DNA from: Octopus bimaculoides
Lineage: Eukaryota
Direction: 5' to 3'
NCBI RefSeq assembly: GCF_001194135.2
Contig: NC_068992.1
Span: 45,244,164-45,277,534, forward strand
Length of the DNA stretch: 33,371 bases
Shown here: one piece after another, positions 21,974 through 33,371 of the stretch
Layout: each line of letters begins with the position of its first letter
Position numbering within the stretch: position 1 is the first letter of the stretch
Program-made: the position numbers and the translations under genes
The notes under the pieces: model-generated
Databases searched by the model: none
What the model was told of the DNA's origin: nothing
The model's input: the letters and a program-made list of their open reading frames with translations, nothing else

Positions 21974-23167
21974 NNNNNNNNNNNNNNNNNNNNNNNNNNN
22001 NNNNNNNNNNNNNNNNNNNNNNNNNNNNNNNNNNNNNNNNNNNNNNNNNNNNNNNNNNNNNNNNNNNNNNNNNNNNNNNNNNNNNNNNNNNNNNNNNNNN
22101 NNNNNNNNNNNNNNNNNNNNNNNNNNNGAGTTCGTATATGTGGAGAGGATGGGATCCGTCAAATTAACTTAACACTCCACCCACGTGTGTACCCGTCCCC
22201 CACAGAGTTTCTAACACAAAAGTCCCTCTACAATAGTCGCGAACGGTAGAAAAGATGGTTTACGATACGGTTACAAAGGATGATTTGGTTACTTTAGGTA
22301 ACTAAGTACATGTCCCTTTTTCTTTTCGTGTGGAGAGGGTCAGCACCTCTTTAACACGTCTTGTAGCAATGTGACTGCTTTAGTTGTCCCTCCACACCTC
22401 TTAGACCTAAACAACATTTTGTAGAAGGGGCATAGTTGATATTTTGAAGCTAATATCATTGGAATGGATGCTTTGAAGGCATTAGAGTTGATTTGTAATG
22501 AAATGTAACATAATGCCAAGAGACGTACTTCACTATCCTCTAAGTCATTCTATTGACACCCGCCAAACAATGTTATATAGAATTATATATGAACACCACA
22601 CAATACCATATTGCGATGAATTTAAATTTTCATTCTCATGTAAATGTATGTCAACATCAATAATAAGGAAAGAAAAGAACTCAACACCTTAGACGGAGTG
22701 AATATTAATGTCTTGATATTATACTTCTATCTTACAGCTTGCCCTTACCTGCGGACAAGAAACTTCAAGTAACAAAATGCTGTATGCTCGAGATGTAACA
22801 TATGCACATAAATACATACATAACATACATACATTACATGTACACATACATGCATACATACATACATACATACATACATACATACATACATACATACATA
22901 CATACATACGTACAAACACATATACATACACATATATACATAATATCATGTTTGATAAACAACATCCAAAGCACAGGCATTCCTTACAAACACGTAGAAT
23001 AATATAATTGTCATTATAAAACAAAACACCAAATGGGCCATCGAACAGCTCAAGTTCCACATTCACACAGGTTGTATTTCTTCACATAGATGTTTAGAGA
23101 TATTGAATATCTATCTATGTGTCTATCTATCTATCAACTTCGCCGATATATATATATATATATGTAT

Positions 23168-23262
23168 CCTGTGATGGATCGCCGTCCCGTCGAAGGGGTA
23201 ATATAAACGCTACAGAATCTGAGAAACTGGACTTACAAACATAAAGCTCGGATAGGACCTTA
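23168..23262 (+). mobile_element. SINE 3' fragment with V-domain-like block
   Basis: CCTGTGATGGATCGCCGTCCCGTCGAAGGGG resembles the V-SINE block CCTGCGATGGACTGGCG.CC.GTCCAGGG (from memory). Confidence 0.55.
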
Positions 23263-23439
23263 GATCCTGTTTGGTGTGTACATATATGTACGCACACGCG
23301 CATGCGCACACACACACGTACACACACACACACGTACACACACAAATGCACACGCACATTTTTATGCACACTTACTTCATTTCATGTAAATAATTCTTAT
23401 AGCTCTTATAGTTAAAATGCATTATTCCCTCTTTACTGT

Positions 23440-23970
23440 CTCAGGTGTTGAAATTTGGAGATGTTAGGAAAAACACTTTTGCTGAGAATCAAGAAAGAGC
23501 CAACATGTTGGATAAAGAGATATCCATACACGATCAATTGGAGAGGAGGGGCATAATGGTGAAGGTGGAAAAGAGTGGAGAATTTTTTGAAGAAAATATA
23601 AGGTTGAGAAAATAGAATAAAGCTGGAGAAAATCCCATGTAAGACAATTTCCCAGATCCGTAACAAGTACTTTTCACACTGTTTGAATTTCTTGAAAGTC
23701 CTGATGTGTGTTTTTTACTCTAAAGGTTTTGGGGATTTTTCTTTTCTCTGCATTTACTGTCATTTTTGTAAGGCTTTTGATATTTTGATGATATTTAGTT
23801 TAAAGATGTACTTTTCTTTTAATTGCTTGTTGTAGTCTGTTAATTTTGGGGTCGCTTTTATATATACCTAAACGAGTATGTATGGTTATAAAATCTTGGC
23901 TTAAATTTCTCTTGTCATGCGTTTGCGAGGTTTATGTAATAAATCTAGGCTGAGTTCAAGAGAGGTGAAT
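23440..23970 (-). mobile_element. Probable decayed retroelement coding fragment (Penelope-like N-terminal region?)
   Basis: Frameshifted K/R/I-rich frames ELSLDLLHKPRKRMTREI..HTRLGIYKSDPKINRLQQAIKEKYIFKLNIIK; no catalytic motif seen. Confidence 0.35.
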
Positions 23971-24195
23971 TCTACCCCATAAATTATAGTGCTGCAGATT
24001 ATATTCAGTAATCATGTGTATGTTTTCTTGCATATCCTTGTTTATTTCTCACCATTCCTACGTACCTACCTACCTACCTATTTATGTATCAAACTACCTA
24101 CTTATCCATTTATATATCTACCTACCAATATATTATATAGCTACCTATCTAATTACCTGTCAATCAGACTGTTATTCATGTTCATGTTCCTACAG

Positions 24196-24299
24196 GTGGA
24201 GCTTGTGCAAACAATGCAAATAACAGAAATAGTACAGATGATGGTTTTAGTGCATCAAATGGCAGGTTACTTTCAGGAGTTGCATCTGTTAGCCTATGA
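24196..24299 (+). CDS. Candidate exon, phase-1 frame GACANNANNRNSTDDGFSASNGRLLSGVASVSL*
   Basis: Acceptor ttcatgttcctacag|GT; phase compatible with the 13087-13145 exon; no homology recognised. Confidence 0.3.
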
Positions 24300-24816
24300 G
24301 CCTATGAGCTCCTCCCACTACCACCAAATCGTCTGCGTCCATATATAGGCGAATTTATACTAGTTGTTTTCATATTAATTTACTTATAACAATCACTATG
24401 AAATAACTATGAGTTTTACCTTACATTATCAATCTTACATTATCATTGCGCATATTCATGATGTCTAAAATGTTTAATGATTTTTTAAACCCAAATGGTG
24501 CAGAAACAGCTCTAACCAAAGACTTAGCTATTTTATACTCCGTGACTGAAGGAAACTTCATGGATTTCCCCACAAGATTGGATTTCTCGTAGATTCACTC
24601 ACAAAACATTGGCTGGTAGAAGACACCACTCAGTTGCCTCGACGTGGGATTGAACGCAAAACTATATGCCTATAAATGACACACAGCCATATCAGTGCGC
24701 GCGCACACAGACAGACAGACAGACACACACACACACACATACACACTCTCTTTCTCTCACTCTCTCTCTCTCTCTCTCTAAAGAAGTAATACGTGTGATA
24801 AACTATATTTGTGCAG

Positions 24817-24863
24817 TAGCGGCGTTCGTGCATTGGTCTACCTGAGTGCCTCTACTGCTTCAG
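24817..24863 (+). CDS. Candidate 47-nt exon (SGVRALVYLSASTAS in the only open frame)
   Basis: atatttgtgcag|TAGCGGCG...GCTTCAG|gtaaat; GC-richer than its flanks. Confidence 0.25.
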
Positions 24864-25368
24864 GTAAATCTGCGAAGAATAAAAGCGATAAAACATTAAG
24901 AGGTAAATAAAATGGTAAGAGAAACGGCATTGTTCCTAAAAAGTTGCAATGACAGAAATAAAAACGAAATAACAATGTGGGAGTTAGGTGATTCCATTTG
25001 GGAAGAACTGAAGACATTATTGGAACTATTAATTTATAGAATTAGTGGTACATAAAATACCAGGTTTTGGGATTTTATTGAAGACTTACAGCTAGGACAA
25101 GAGAAGACTATATAGAATATGGTTCGAAGACTAAAATATAAATTTACACACACACACGCACACACACACACACGCACACACACACACACGCACACACACA
25201 CACACACACTCCTTGTCTTTTTTGACACACTCTCAGTCAAGTATCCCTACATACACTTATGCACATCACACACAAACACAAACACATAAAAATACATAGA
25301 CACTTATGTACACATATCGCTATACATATATACGCACACCCCCACACGAACATGTCTGTCTGTTTGCC

Positions 25369-25407
<39 letters not shown>

Positions 25408-25418
25408 ATGTATGTATG

Positions 25419-25477
<59 letters not shown>

Positions 25478-25547
25478 ATATGTGCGTATCTGCATGCATA
25501 CATACATACATACATACATATATACAAACATATATAATATGAATGTG

Positions 25548-25579
<32 letters not shown>

Positions 25580-25728
25580 TGTATGTATGGATGTATTTTT
25601 TTCTCTTTCTTTCTCTATAGGTGTGTGTCTGTGTTTTGTGAATACACGCGCACACATGTGTGTGTGTATATATACACTGAGAAATAGATAAGACAAAATG
25701 AGAGAACCAGAGTTAGTGAGAGAGTGTA

Positions 25729-25822
<94 letters not shown>

Positions 25823-26159
25823 CGCGTAGACTGCAATGAATTGCGGTCGGTAGCAAAGTGGCTAATGTTTTATTAGTGTACCATCGCGTGTTGCTGCTAC
25901 ACAACACAACAGACACGTAAAATAAACCAAATTACAAATGTCCATTGAATATTGGTAGATAGAACTAAAATAAACCATGGCACGCGCACGCGCGCACACA
26001 GACACACTCGCGCATACTTGCACTTTATACGAATGTACTCACAGACATATAACATACATATACTTACACACATAGATATGCATACATATATATATGCTAT
26101 GTGTGTATGCGTGTGTGAGCGCATGAGTGTTTATGTATGTGTATATGTATGTGTATATA

Positions 26160-26205
<46 letters not shown>

Positions 26206-26221
26206 TATATANNNNNNNNNN

Positions 26222-26279
<58 letters not shown>

Positions 26280-26976
26280 GCATATAAATACAGAGCAAAG
26301 TATATATGAATATATACACACAGGCATATGCACGCACATATTTATATAGGTATATATTTAAATTCACATATATATGTATATGCATGTATTCATGCTTACA
26401 TAGATATACATACATACATCTATATATGTGAGAACTTACATGTACACATGAATGTGTTTCTCTGTAAAGACAATTGTAAGAATGGATTTACATTCATTGA
26501 ATGAATGTATATGTATGTATACACATACATATATATTCATATACACTAGAGTATACATAGACAAACACATACACAGATCAACACAAATACAAACACACAC
26601 ATTAAATGTGGTGTACATTTATTCGTACAAATGTACATATACGAATACGTTCATCTCTACAATATACAAGACTGTGTGTGCGTGTGTGTGTCTGTGTATG
26701 TGTGTATGTCAATGAGTGTGTGTGAGTATGTGTAGTCCCAGTTGTGGTTGTGTGGATAAAAAGTTCGTTTCGCAATAATAGGGTTTCGCGCTCGATCTCT
26801 CTTTTGCACAACGCCTATTGTGGATCCGGATCGAGAAATGAGGGAAATTTTGAGTGAATTTGATAAACGGAAATATGGAAGATCGTTGTATGTAAATGTA
26901 TGTGAGAGAAAGAGATTGAAATGTATGCGCGCTCACACAACACGCGCGCGCACACACACACACACACATATATACA

Positions 26977-27127
26977 GGTGCAGGCGTGGCCGTGTGATAA
27001 AAACCTTGCTTCCCAACCATGTGGTTCCGAGTCCATTCCCACTGCATGGCATCTCGGACAAGTGTCTTCTGCTATAGACCTGTGAGTGGATTTGGTAGAC
27101 GGAAACTGAAAGAAGCCCATCGTGTAT

Positions 27128-27158
<31 letters not shown>
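26977..27158 (+). mobile_element. SINE family B 5' half ending in (TA)n
   Basis: GGTGCAGGCGTGGCCGTGTG..AAGTGTCTTCTGCTATAG..GTGAGTGGATTTGGTAGACGGAAACTGAAAGAAGCCC; a more decayed copy precedes it at about 26740-26900. Confidence 0.9.
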
Positions 27159-27161
<3 letters not shown>

Positions 27162-27295
27162 GAGAATTTACGAAAGAAACAACAACAGACGAGGACAGGT
27201 GGTGTAAACAATAAAAGGGTGTATTTGTTTAACGCTCCGGAAAACAGAAACTCTTTAACGTTTCGAGCTACGCTCTTCAACAGAAAGAATACGGA
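27159..27295 (-). mobile_element. Penelope-like terminal fragment replacing the SINE B 3' half
   Basis: AACGTTTCGAGC..GCTCTTCAACAG is the antisense form of the PLE terminal hammerhead motif. Confidence 0.6.
27251..27289 (-). ncRNA. Minimal type I hammerhead ribozyme-like motif with variant core
   Basis: Minus strand: UUCUUU-CUGUUGA-A-GAGC(GUA)GCUC-GAAA-CGUU-AAAGAG; stem I 6 bp, stem II 4 bp, palindromic AC/GU stem III; core has U in place of the conserved A6. Confidence 0.55.
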
Positions 27296-27599
27296 TTAGC
27301 AATCTGATACGTTAGTGTCAGCACCCCACAAACATCTGACCAAATAATGTTCCACTGTTGTATATTGGTTCATACATATGACTAGCATGTTATACAATTA
27401 CAACAGTTAATTCTCTGCTCAATAAGAGAATAACGTATAATACAATATAACAGTTACTTATTTGCACAATACGATGACAGTACCCTTGGTTATAATTTTA
27501 AGCACATCAAATTTTTTTTTTTTTTTTGGCTCCCCAGGTAATTAATATTCATAGCCAACCGATATTGAAATAATATCCGTCTACGTTTCATTATCATTG

Positions 27600-28090
27600 T
27601 CTCCCTATCTCCTTCAGTCGCTCTTTGTTCTTTTGTCTCTCTCACTCATATCTTCTGTCGTGTGACTCGGATACATTTAATTTCACCTGGTTCTGCCCTT
27701 CTTCTCTGATTGCTTACCGCTTTCTCTCTCTCTCCCTCCTTCTCGCTCTTCTTTCACTTTCTCTTTGAACTACCCATTCCCTTTGTCTTTTCCTTTACCT
27801 TATCTCTCCTTCTCTCACTCTTTCTCCCTCTTACCAATCCTCACTTTTCACTTGCATTCTCAAAATGACCCATTTCTCTCCTACTTTAATCTCTCTCCTG
27901 TCTCTTTCTCTCTTTCCCCTTACTTCAAATCTCTTACATTATTCTCTCTTTCTTTCTCCTCGTCTCTCTTGTCCCTTTAATTTTTTCCAGCTCTTTTCAG
28001 TTCCCCCTCCCCCTCTCTCTTTAATTCCTTTACCCATATTCCACTATCTTTTACTATCGATCTCCACCCCTACTATCTCCCCATCTTCAA
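27600..28090. repeat. About 500-bp polypyrimidine (degenerate CT/CTT/CTTT) tract
   Basis: Direct reading; strongly C/T on the + strand. Confidence 0.9.
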
Positions 28091-28149
28091 GAGAAACCTT
28101 AAAACCGTTGCCTTTCACTGTTAAAGTACTAAACACAAATTGAAAATAT

Positions 28150-28675
28150 AAAACTAAATTTTAACTAGATTGCTAAACTACGGTCTATAATTAGCCAAAA
28201 ATGAATTAAAGGCTTGCACCAGCAGCGCCAGCAACAATTGCAGCAGCAACAGCATTAAAAACTGGGTACATTTGCCTGTTACAGAATTCTTTTGCTGGAA
28301 TCATTAGCGCTGGAGTCTAATGGTTTACAAATTAACATTAATCTTGTGGATTCTAAATGTGCCTTTTCTTTCTACATCATTACTTGTATTCCATAACTTT
28401 GACTTTCATCAAACACATTGCTATTAATACTGTGTAAAGCAATATTAACATTATTCCCAGCGCTCTCGAATTTAGTTTCCATTGGAAAGAGGCTAGTTAG
28501 TGGGGGGAAAACAAGACACTTGCAGACATTTTATTTGTAATTAGCAGTGATAAAAGTAGCCAAGTATAAATGAAGGAAGTTCAAGTTTAAATTGATGTTT
28601 GGAAGCGTCCAATCCTAATCTATCGCTCCCAATCCTGCCATGTTCAAATTCTTTAAATGAAGTCGTTAACAGTTG
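28150..28675. promoter_or_regulatory. Unique non-coding island rich in homeodomain-type TAAT/ATTA sites (candidate enhancer)
   Basis: TAATTAGC at 28188 and 28538, ATTAACATTA at 28331 and 28444, plus further TAAT cores; no repeat or ORF recognised. Confidence 0.3.
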
Positions 28676-29170
28676 TTGTTGTTGCTGCTGCTGTTGTTGT
28701 TGTTGTTCACTGAAATATTGCCACTAACAACCGATATATTTCTATTTTTTCACATACACAGACATGTTGTCGCTCCTGACACATATCTATTGAGATGGTG
28801 GCAATGGTGATGAAGATGCTGATAGCAATGGTGATTATGATGATGATGTTGATGGCTATGACGATGTTTATGGTCATGGTGATAATGGTGATGATAAATA
28901 TGATGATAATGATGATGATGATAATGATGATGATGATAATGATGATGATGATGATGGTAGCGCTAGTGGTGATGGAGGTTATGATAAGGATAAAGACTGT
29001 GATGGTGGTGGTGGCGATGGAAACGAGGATGATGTGAGAATGGCAGGTGTTATGATGATGATCGTGATGGTGCTGATGATGATGGTGACAACGACGACGA
29101 CGATGATGATGATTATGGTGACGGTGGTGGTGGTGGTCATGGTGGAGACAATGATGATAATGATTGTGAA
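28676..29170. repeat. Compound (GTT/GCT)n and (GAT/GGT)n trinucleotide block
   Basis: Direct reading. Confidence 0.95.
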
Positions 29171-29299
29171 TATGCATGGGAATAAGGAAGAGCGTAGACT
29201 ATTGTAAAGGAGGTGGGGGCCGTTGTGGGAGTGGTGGAGGTATTAGTTACTGCAACTGTGGAATGTTGGAGATCGAAACTTGACATCCTGGATGTACCT

Positions 29300-29818
29300 G
29301 TGTTATGATCGAATACGTACAGGAGTTCAGATTTTAAGATCACATACCTACAGATGTATAGATGTTATGATCGAAATATGATAAGATATAGATGTTAAGA
29401 GGATAAGATTACACACTTACAAGACAATAGTTGTTAAGATCGCTTGCCTACAAATATTAAGATCTTACGTAAACGCACTTACAGTTAGCACGCGGGGCGA
29501 AATGCTTAGCGGTATTTCGTCTGCCGTTACGTTCTGAGTTCAAATTTCGCTGAGGTTGACTTTGCCTTTCATCCTTTCGGGGTCGATTAAATAAGTATCA
29601 GTTACGCACTGGGGTCGATGTAATCGACTTAATCCCTTTGTCTGTCCTTGTTTGTCTCGTCTGTGTTTAACCCCTTGTGGACAATAAAGAAATGAATATG
29701 TTAAGATCGCGAACCAACAGATGCATAGGTGTAATGATTACACACCACCAGATGTTAAGCTCACTCGTCTACAAATCTATAAAGATTAACATCACACACC
29801 TGAGGAGATGTTGTGATC

Positions 29819-29820
<2 letters not shown>
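29300..29820. repeat. Degenerate 23/31-bp minisatellite (about GTTAAGATCACACACCTACAGAT[GTATAGAT]) split by a SINE
   Basis: About 11 units beginning GTTA(A/T)GATC or variants, on both sides of 29484-29693. Confidence 0.75.
29484..29693 (+). mobile_element. Young SINE family A copy, slightly 5'-truncated
   Basis: GTTAGCACGCGGGGCGAAATGCTTAGCGG..TTCTGAGTTCAAATTTCGC..TTTGCCTTTCATCCTTTCGGGGTCGATT..CCCCTTGTGGACAATAAAGAAAT. Confidence 0.95.
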
Positions 29821-29960
<140 letters not shown>

Positions 29961-30498
29961 TGGTGGTGGTAGTGGAGAGAGAATCAGCGGGAACAATATA
30001 ACTGCCATATTAAAACAATAGAAATCAGAATATGGTTGTGTTGTTCTGTTCAGGAATGAAAGGAATTGGTGGGAGTGACTTGGTAATTAGAGGAACAGCA
30101 AAGAGGAAGAGGTAGAGGAAGAGAAAGAAGACAATACAAAAAAGAATAAGGTAGTGTGTGTGTGTGTTTCGTATTTGTATTTGTATGTGTATGTTTGTGA
30201 CCGTGAGTTGGTGTATGTGTGTGCTGGTCTAATTGTACCAGCATGTATGTTTTTAGCGTGCATTCGTGCTTTTTTCTTTTTGCTGTGTGTATGAGGGAAG
30301 AGCGTGTTTTTCCGTGTGTTTATACTTGTGTGTGACTGTGTGTATGAAATAATGGGAATGTGCATCAGTGCGTTTGAAAGGGTGTCTTTGTGGTTGGGTG
30401 AATGCGTGAGTATGATGGTGTGTTTTGTGGGCTTTCTTGGATGTGTACATGTGTGATGTGTGTGTTTGTGACTATGTATACGGATGTATAGTTGTAAT

Positions 30499-30608
<110 letters not shown>

Positions 30609-30886
30609 TGTTTGTGTGTTCATTGCAATGAAGCTATCAATTTTGTGAAAATTTCAGAATTATATGTTTGCTTTTAATGACTTCATGGACACAAACAAGC
30701 AGAACACATATATACAGATATATTCTCACTCATGCATATGTAAATACATACATACATACATACATGCATGCATACATTCATACATACATATATACATGCA
30801 TACATACACACACATATTGATGTTATTATTACCAATTGTAATAAAAATAATTTTACATTAATCTGAACAGTTACTCTATACTTTTG

Positions 30887-30924
<38 letters not shown>

Positions 30925-30994
30925 TGTATTTAGAGACATTGACAGATACATAAATTTACAAAATACGCACGCACAGAAATACGCGCGCGCGCGG

Positions 30995-31063
<69 letters not shown>

Positions 31064-31189
31064 CTCATTTACAAAATGATTCTAAACTACTTGGTATCTC
31101 ATTTGAGAATGACCGTCCTCGGAGCAACAATAACAACAACAACAAACATACTTTAAACCCGTCACAAAACGTTTCGAAAATTTTTCATT

Positions 31190-31390
31190 ACAGCCTTAAG
31201 GCAGGAGAAAAATCACCTGTATTGAAGTAAAAGATTTTATTAACACACGCGAAACCCACACAACATTGATCCAGGAAGCAGTCCGAGTCTCGAAACCCAA
31301 CGCACATATTCCAAATTACACTCAGATCAGACGGAGGCATAGCCTATCACAATGGAGATGGCCTCATAACATATAAAAAAATCTGGCAAC
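31190..31390 (+). mobile_element. Decayed AP-endonuclease N-terminus of a LINE
   Basis: KDFINTRETHTTLIQEAVRVSKPNAHIPNYTQIRR..(shift)..GDGLITY resembles APE IQE(T/S)K..IPNY..IR.DR..GGGL..Y. Confidence 0.5.
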
Positions 31391-31849
31391 TTGTACATAA
31401 ATATTATAAATGACATTCGTAAACTATTTGAAGACCAAGTTAAACAGAAAAAAGATGTACAATAATGTAATAAACACATTTATTTTTCATCTTTCGGTGA
31501 ATAAAATAATCATCAATCAAGTTCAAGGGCGGGTATAATCGACTAACTCCTTCCCACCAATCTTTTGACGTTTGACTATATTATGAAATTATTTCTCTGA
31601 CTCACACATTGTCACACATTTTTGAGGACGCCATCTTTTAAATCATCGATACCCATAGTTTACATTAACCCACTTTCTCTCTCTCTCTCCCCCCTCTCTC
31701 TCTCTCGCTCTCCCCACTTCTCTCTATCGGACACAAGTCTTTGTGTGTCTGATATAGACACATTCTATTCCAGAATATTCACGGGGGAAGTATGTATCAG
31801 AGTTTTTCGATGTGGAGTTTAGAACACCTCTTTACAAGTTCCAATTCAG

Positions 31850-32640
31850 GGAGATAGGTTGGCAGAATTAGTAGGACGTCAGACAAGAAGCCTTACAGTA
31901 TGTGGTTCGAACCTTTGCCTCCTCAGTTCAAATTCTGTCTAGTTACCTGTCATTAGCCAGTGTTAGTCACTCTGCCCGCGAGCATGTCGTCTAACTCTCA
32001 ATTTGACAACGTAGATAGGTAGTTCTACAATCATCAGCGGTGTGCTCAGACTTTCGTCCAATAGAGGATAGATAACGAGTTAATAGAAGCAACATCGGTT
32101 GTGGTGTGAGTTCAAATCTTACAAAGGTTAATTTTGATTGACCATCAAATATGGGGCTGTTACAATGACTTAAAGACGTTCTCTAAAAAATTGTGACTTT
32201 CTGTTCGATAACGATGACATGTATTATTTTTAGTCCTTTATATTCTGAGTTCAAATTCTACTGATGTCAGTTTTACATTTCATCCTCCCAGGATGGGGGA
32301 ATAAATTAAAACTATCAGTTGGGCATTTAATCGATCTACTCGGTTACAACTATTTCTTACATTTCGGGCCTTCTGCCACTGTAAGAAATCAATATATTAA
32401 ATATATCAAAGCGATGAGTCGCACAAACAGTAGTGTGTTCTATTATATATCATGAGGTTTGGAGTATGGGCTCTTTATGCTATAAGTTCAAGCCCTACTA
32501 GTTTTAATTTGATCTTTCCGCTATCCAGGGTCAATAAGACTAAGTACCAATCGAGTACTAGGCTTCATTTAATCGATTATCACCTATCTATTGATACTTG
32601 TGGTTTTTGTATCAATCTAAGAGATCGATATATTTCAAGA
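31850..32640 (+). mobile_element. Cluster of about 4 old, same-orientation SINE family A remnants
   Basis: Repeated B-box-like AGTTCAAATTC/AGTTCAAATC/AGTTCAAGCC at about 31926, 32109, 32248 and 32485; the last two are followed by CATCCT../CAGGGTCAAT.. blocks. Confidence 0.65.
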
Positions 32641-33055
32641 GATCTCCAGGTAGCGGTATTATTTTCCTTGCTGAGGAATCGAGTAAGTGCCAAGTTCAAC
32701 CGATTCACATGATGCTGCTTTGCCTAACTCTATCTGATATATCTCCAAGACTGGCAGTTATCTTCTAAACAATCTCCAGTATTTTCACTACTCGAAGAAA
32801 TCAATAAGTTTTCTCACTATAGATTCTGCTTTCGTAAACAAATTCAAACCGTATATGTATCGAGGCATAAATATAAGTATATTCTTGCGAGGAGAAGAAC
32901 CATACACATATGTACACATTTGCACACGTATATATTTATTTATTGTGTATACAGATATACTCATAAATACACCAACACCTGAAAAGACGAACACATAGAC
33001 TTACATAAGTATTCGCACTTATAACATCTACATCTACATGAACATAGATTGACAC

Positions 33056-33091
<36 letters not shown>

Positions 33092-33371
33092 TGTGTGAAT
33101 AAGGTTTATAGATGCAGAAAGCACTCAATACCCCAGGGTTGGAAGGTTTTATATTTCTTTAATAGATTACATGTTTGCAGATTATATTCAATACAAGTTC
33201 AAAAGATTTGACACATTCCGTTTTTGTGAACCGAAACGGAAAATATTCTGTGAGTAACCTATTAAAGAATATACATACATAGCATATGCAGTCGTACTCA
33301 TACACACGCGCATATGTATGTAATGTGTGTGTATTTGTGTGTATATATATGTGCATATATATATATATATA

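Overview
Repeat-saturated animal genomic DNA with seven N-gaps, most flanked by microsatellites. The repeat families match what I recall from Octopus (O. bimaculoides-like short-read assembly); this is recall, not a database result. No complete or nameable gene is present, and almost all ORFs in the supplied track are microsatellite or gap artefacts. Supported content: several tRNA-derived SINE families (one nested insertion and one element with clear TSDs), a mariner-derived MITE, three decayed L1/Tx1 ORF2 fragments, two Dong/R4-type RLE retrotransposon fragments at (TAA)n tracts, Penelope-like ends, two long self-complementary elements (374 and 294 bp), several mini/microsatellites and a few orphan candidate exons (best: + strand 13087-13145). 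Most interesting: a minimal hammerhead-like motif with a variant CUGUUGA core in a Penelope-like tail abutting a SINE; many potential dsRNA structures, including an inverted pair of young SINEs around the candidate exon; a sharp CpG step near 17 kb seen within one retrotransposon family; and AG|GT recursive-splice-like sites.
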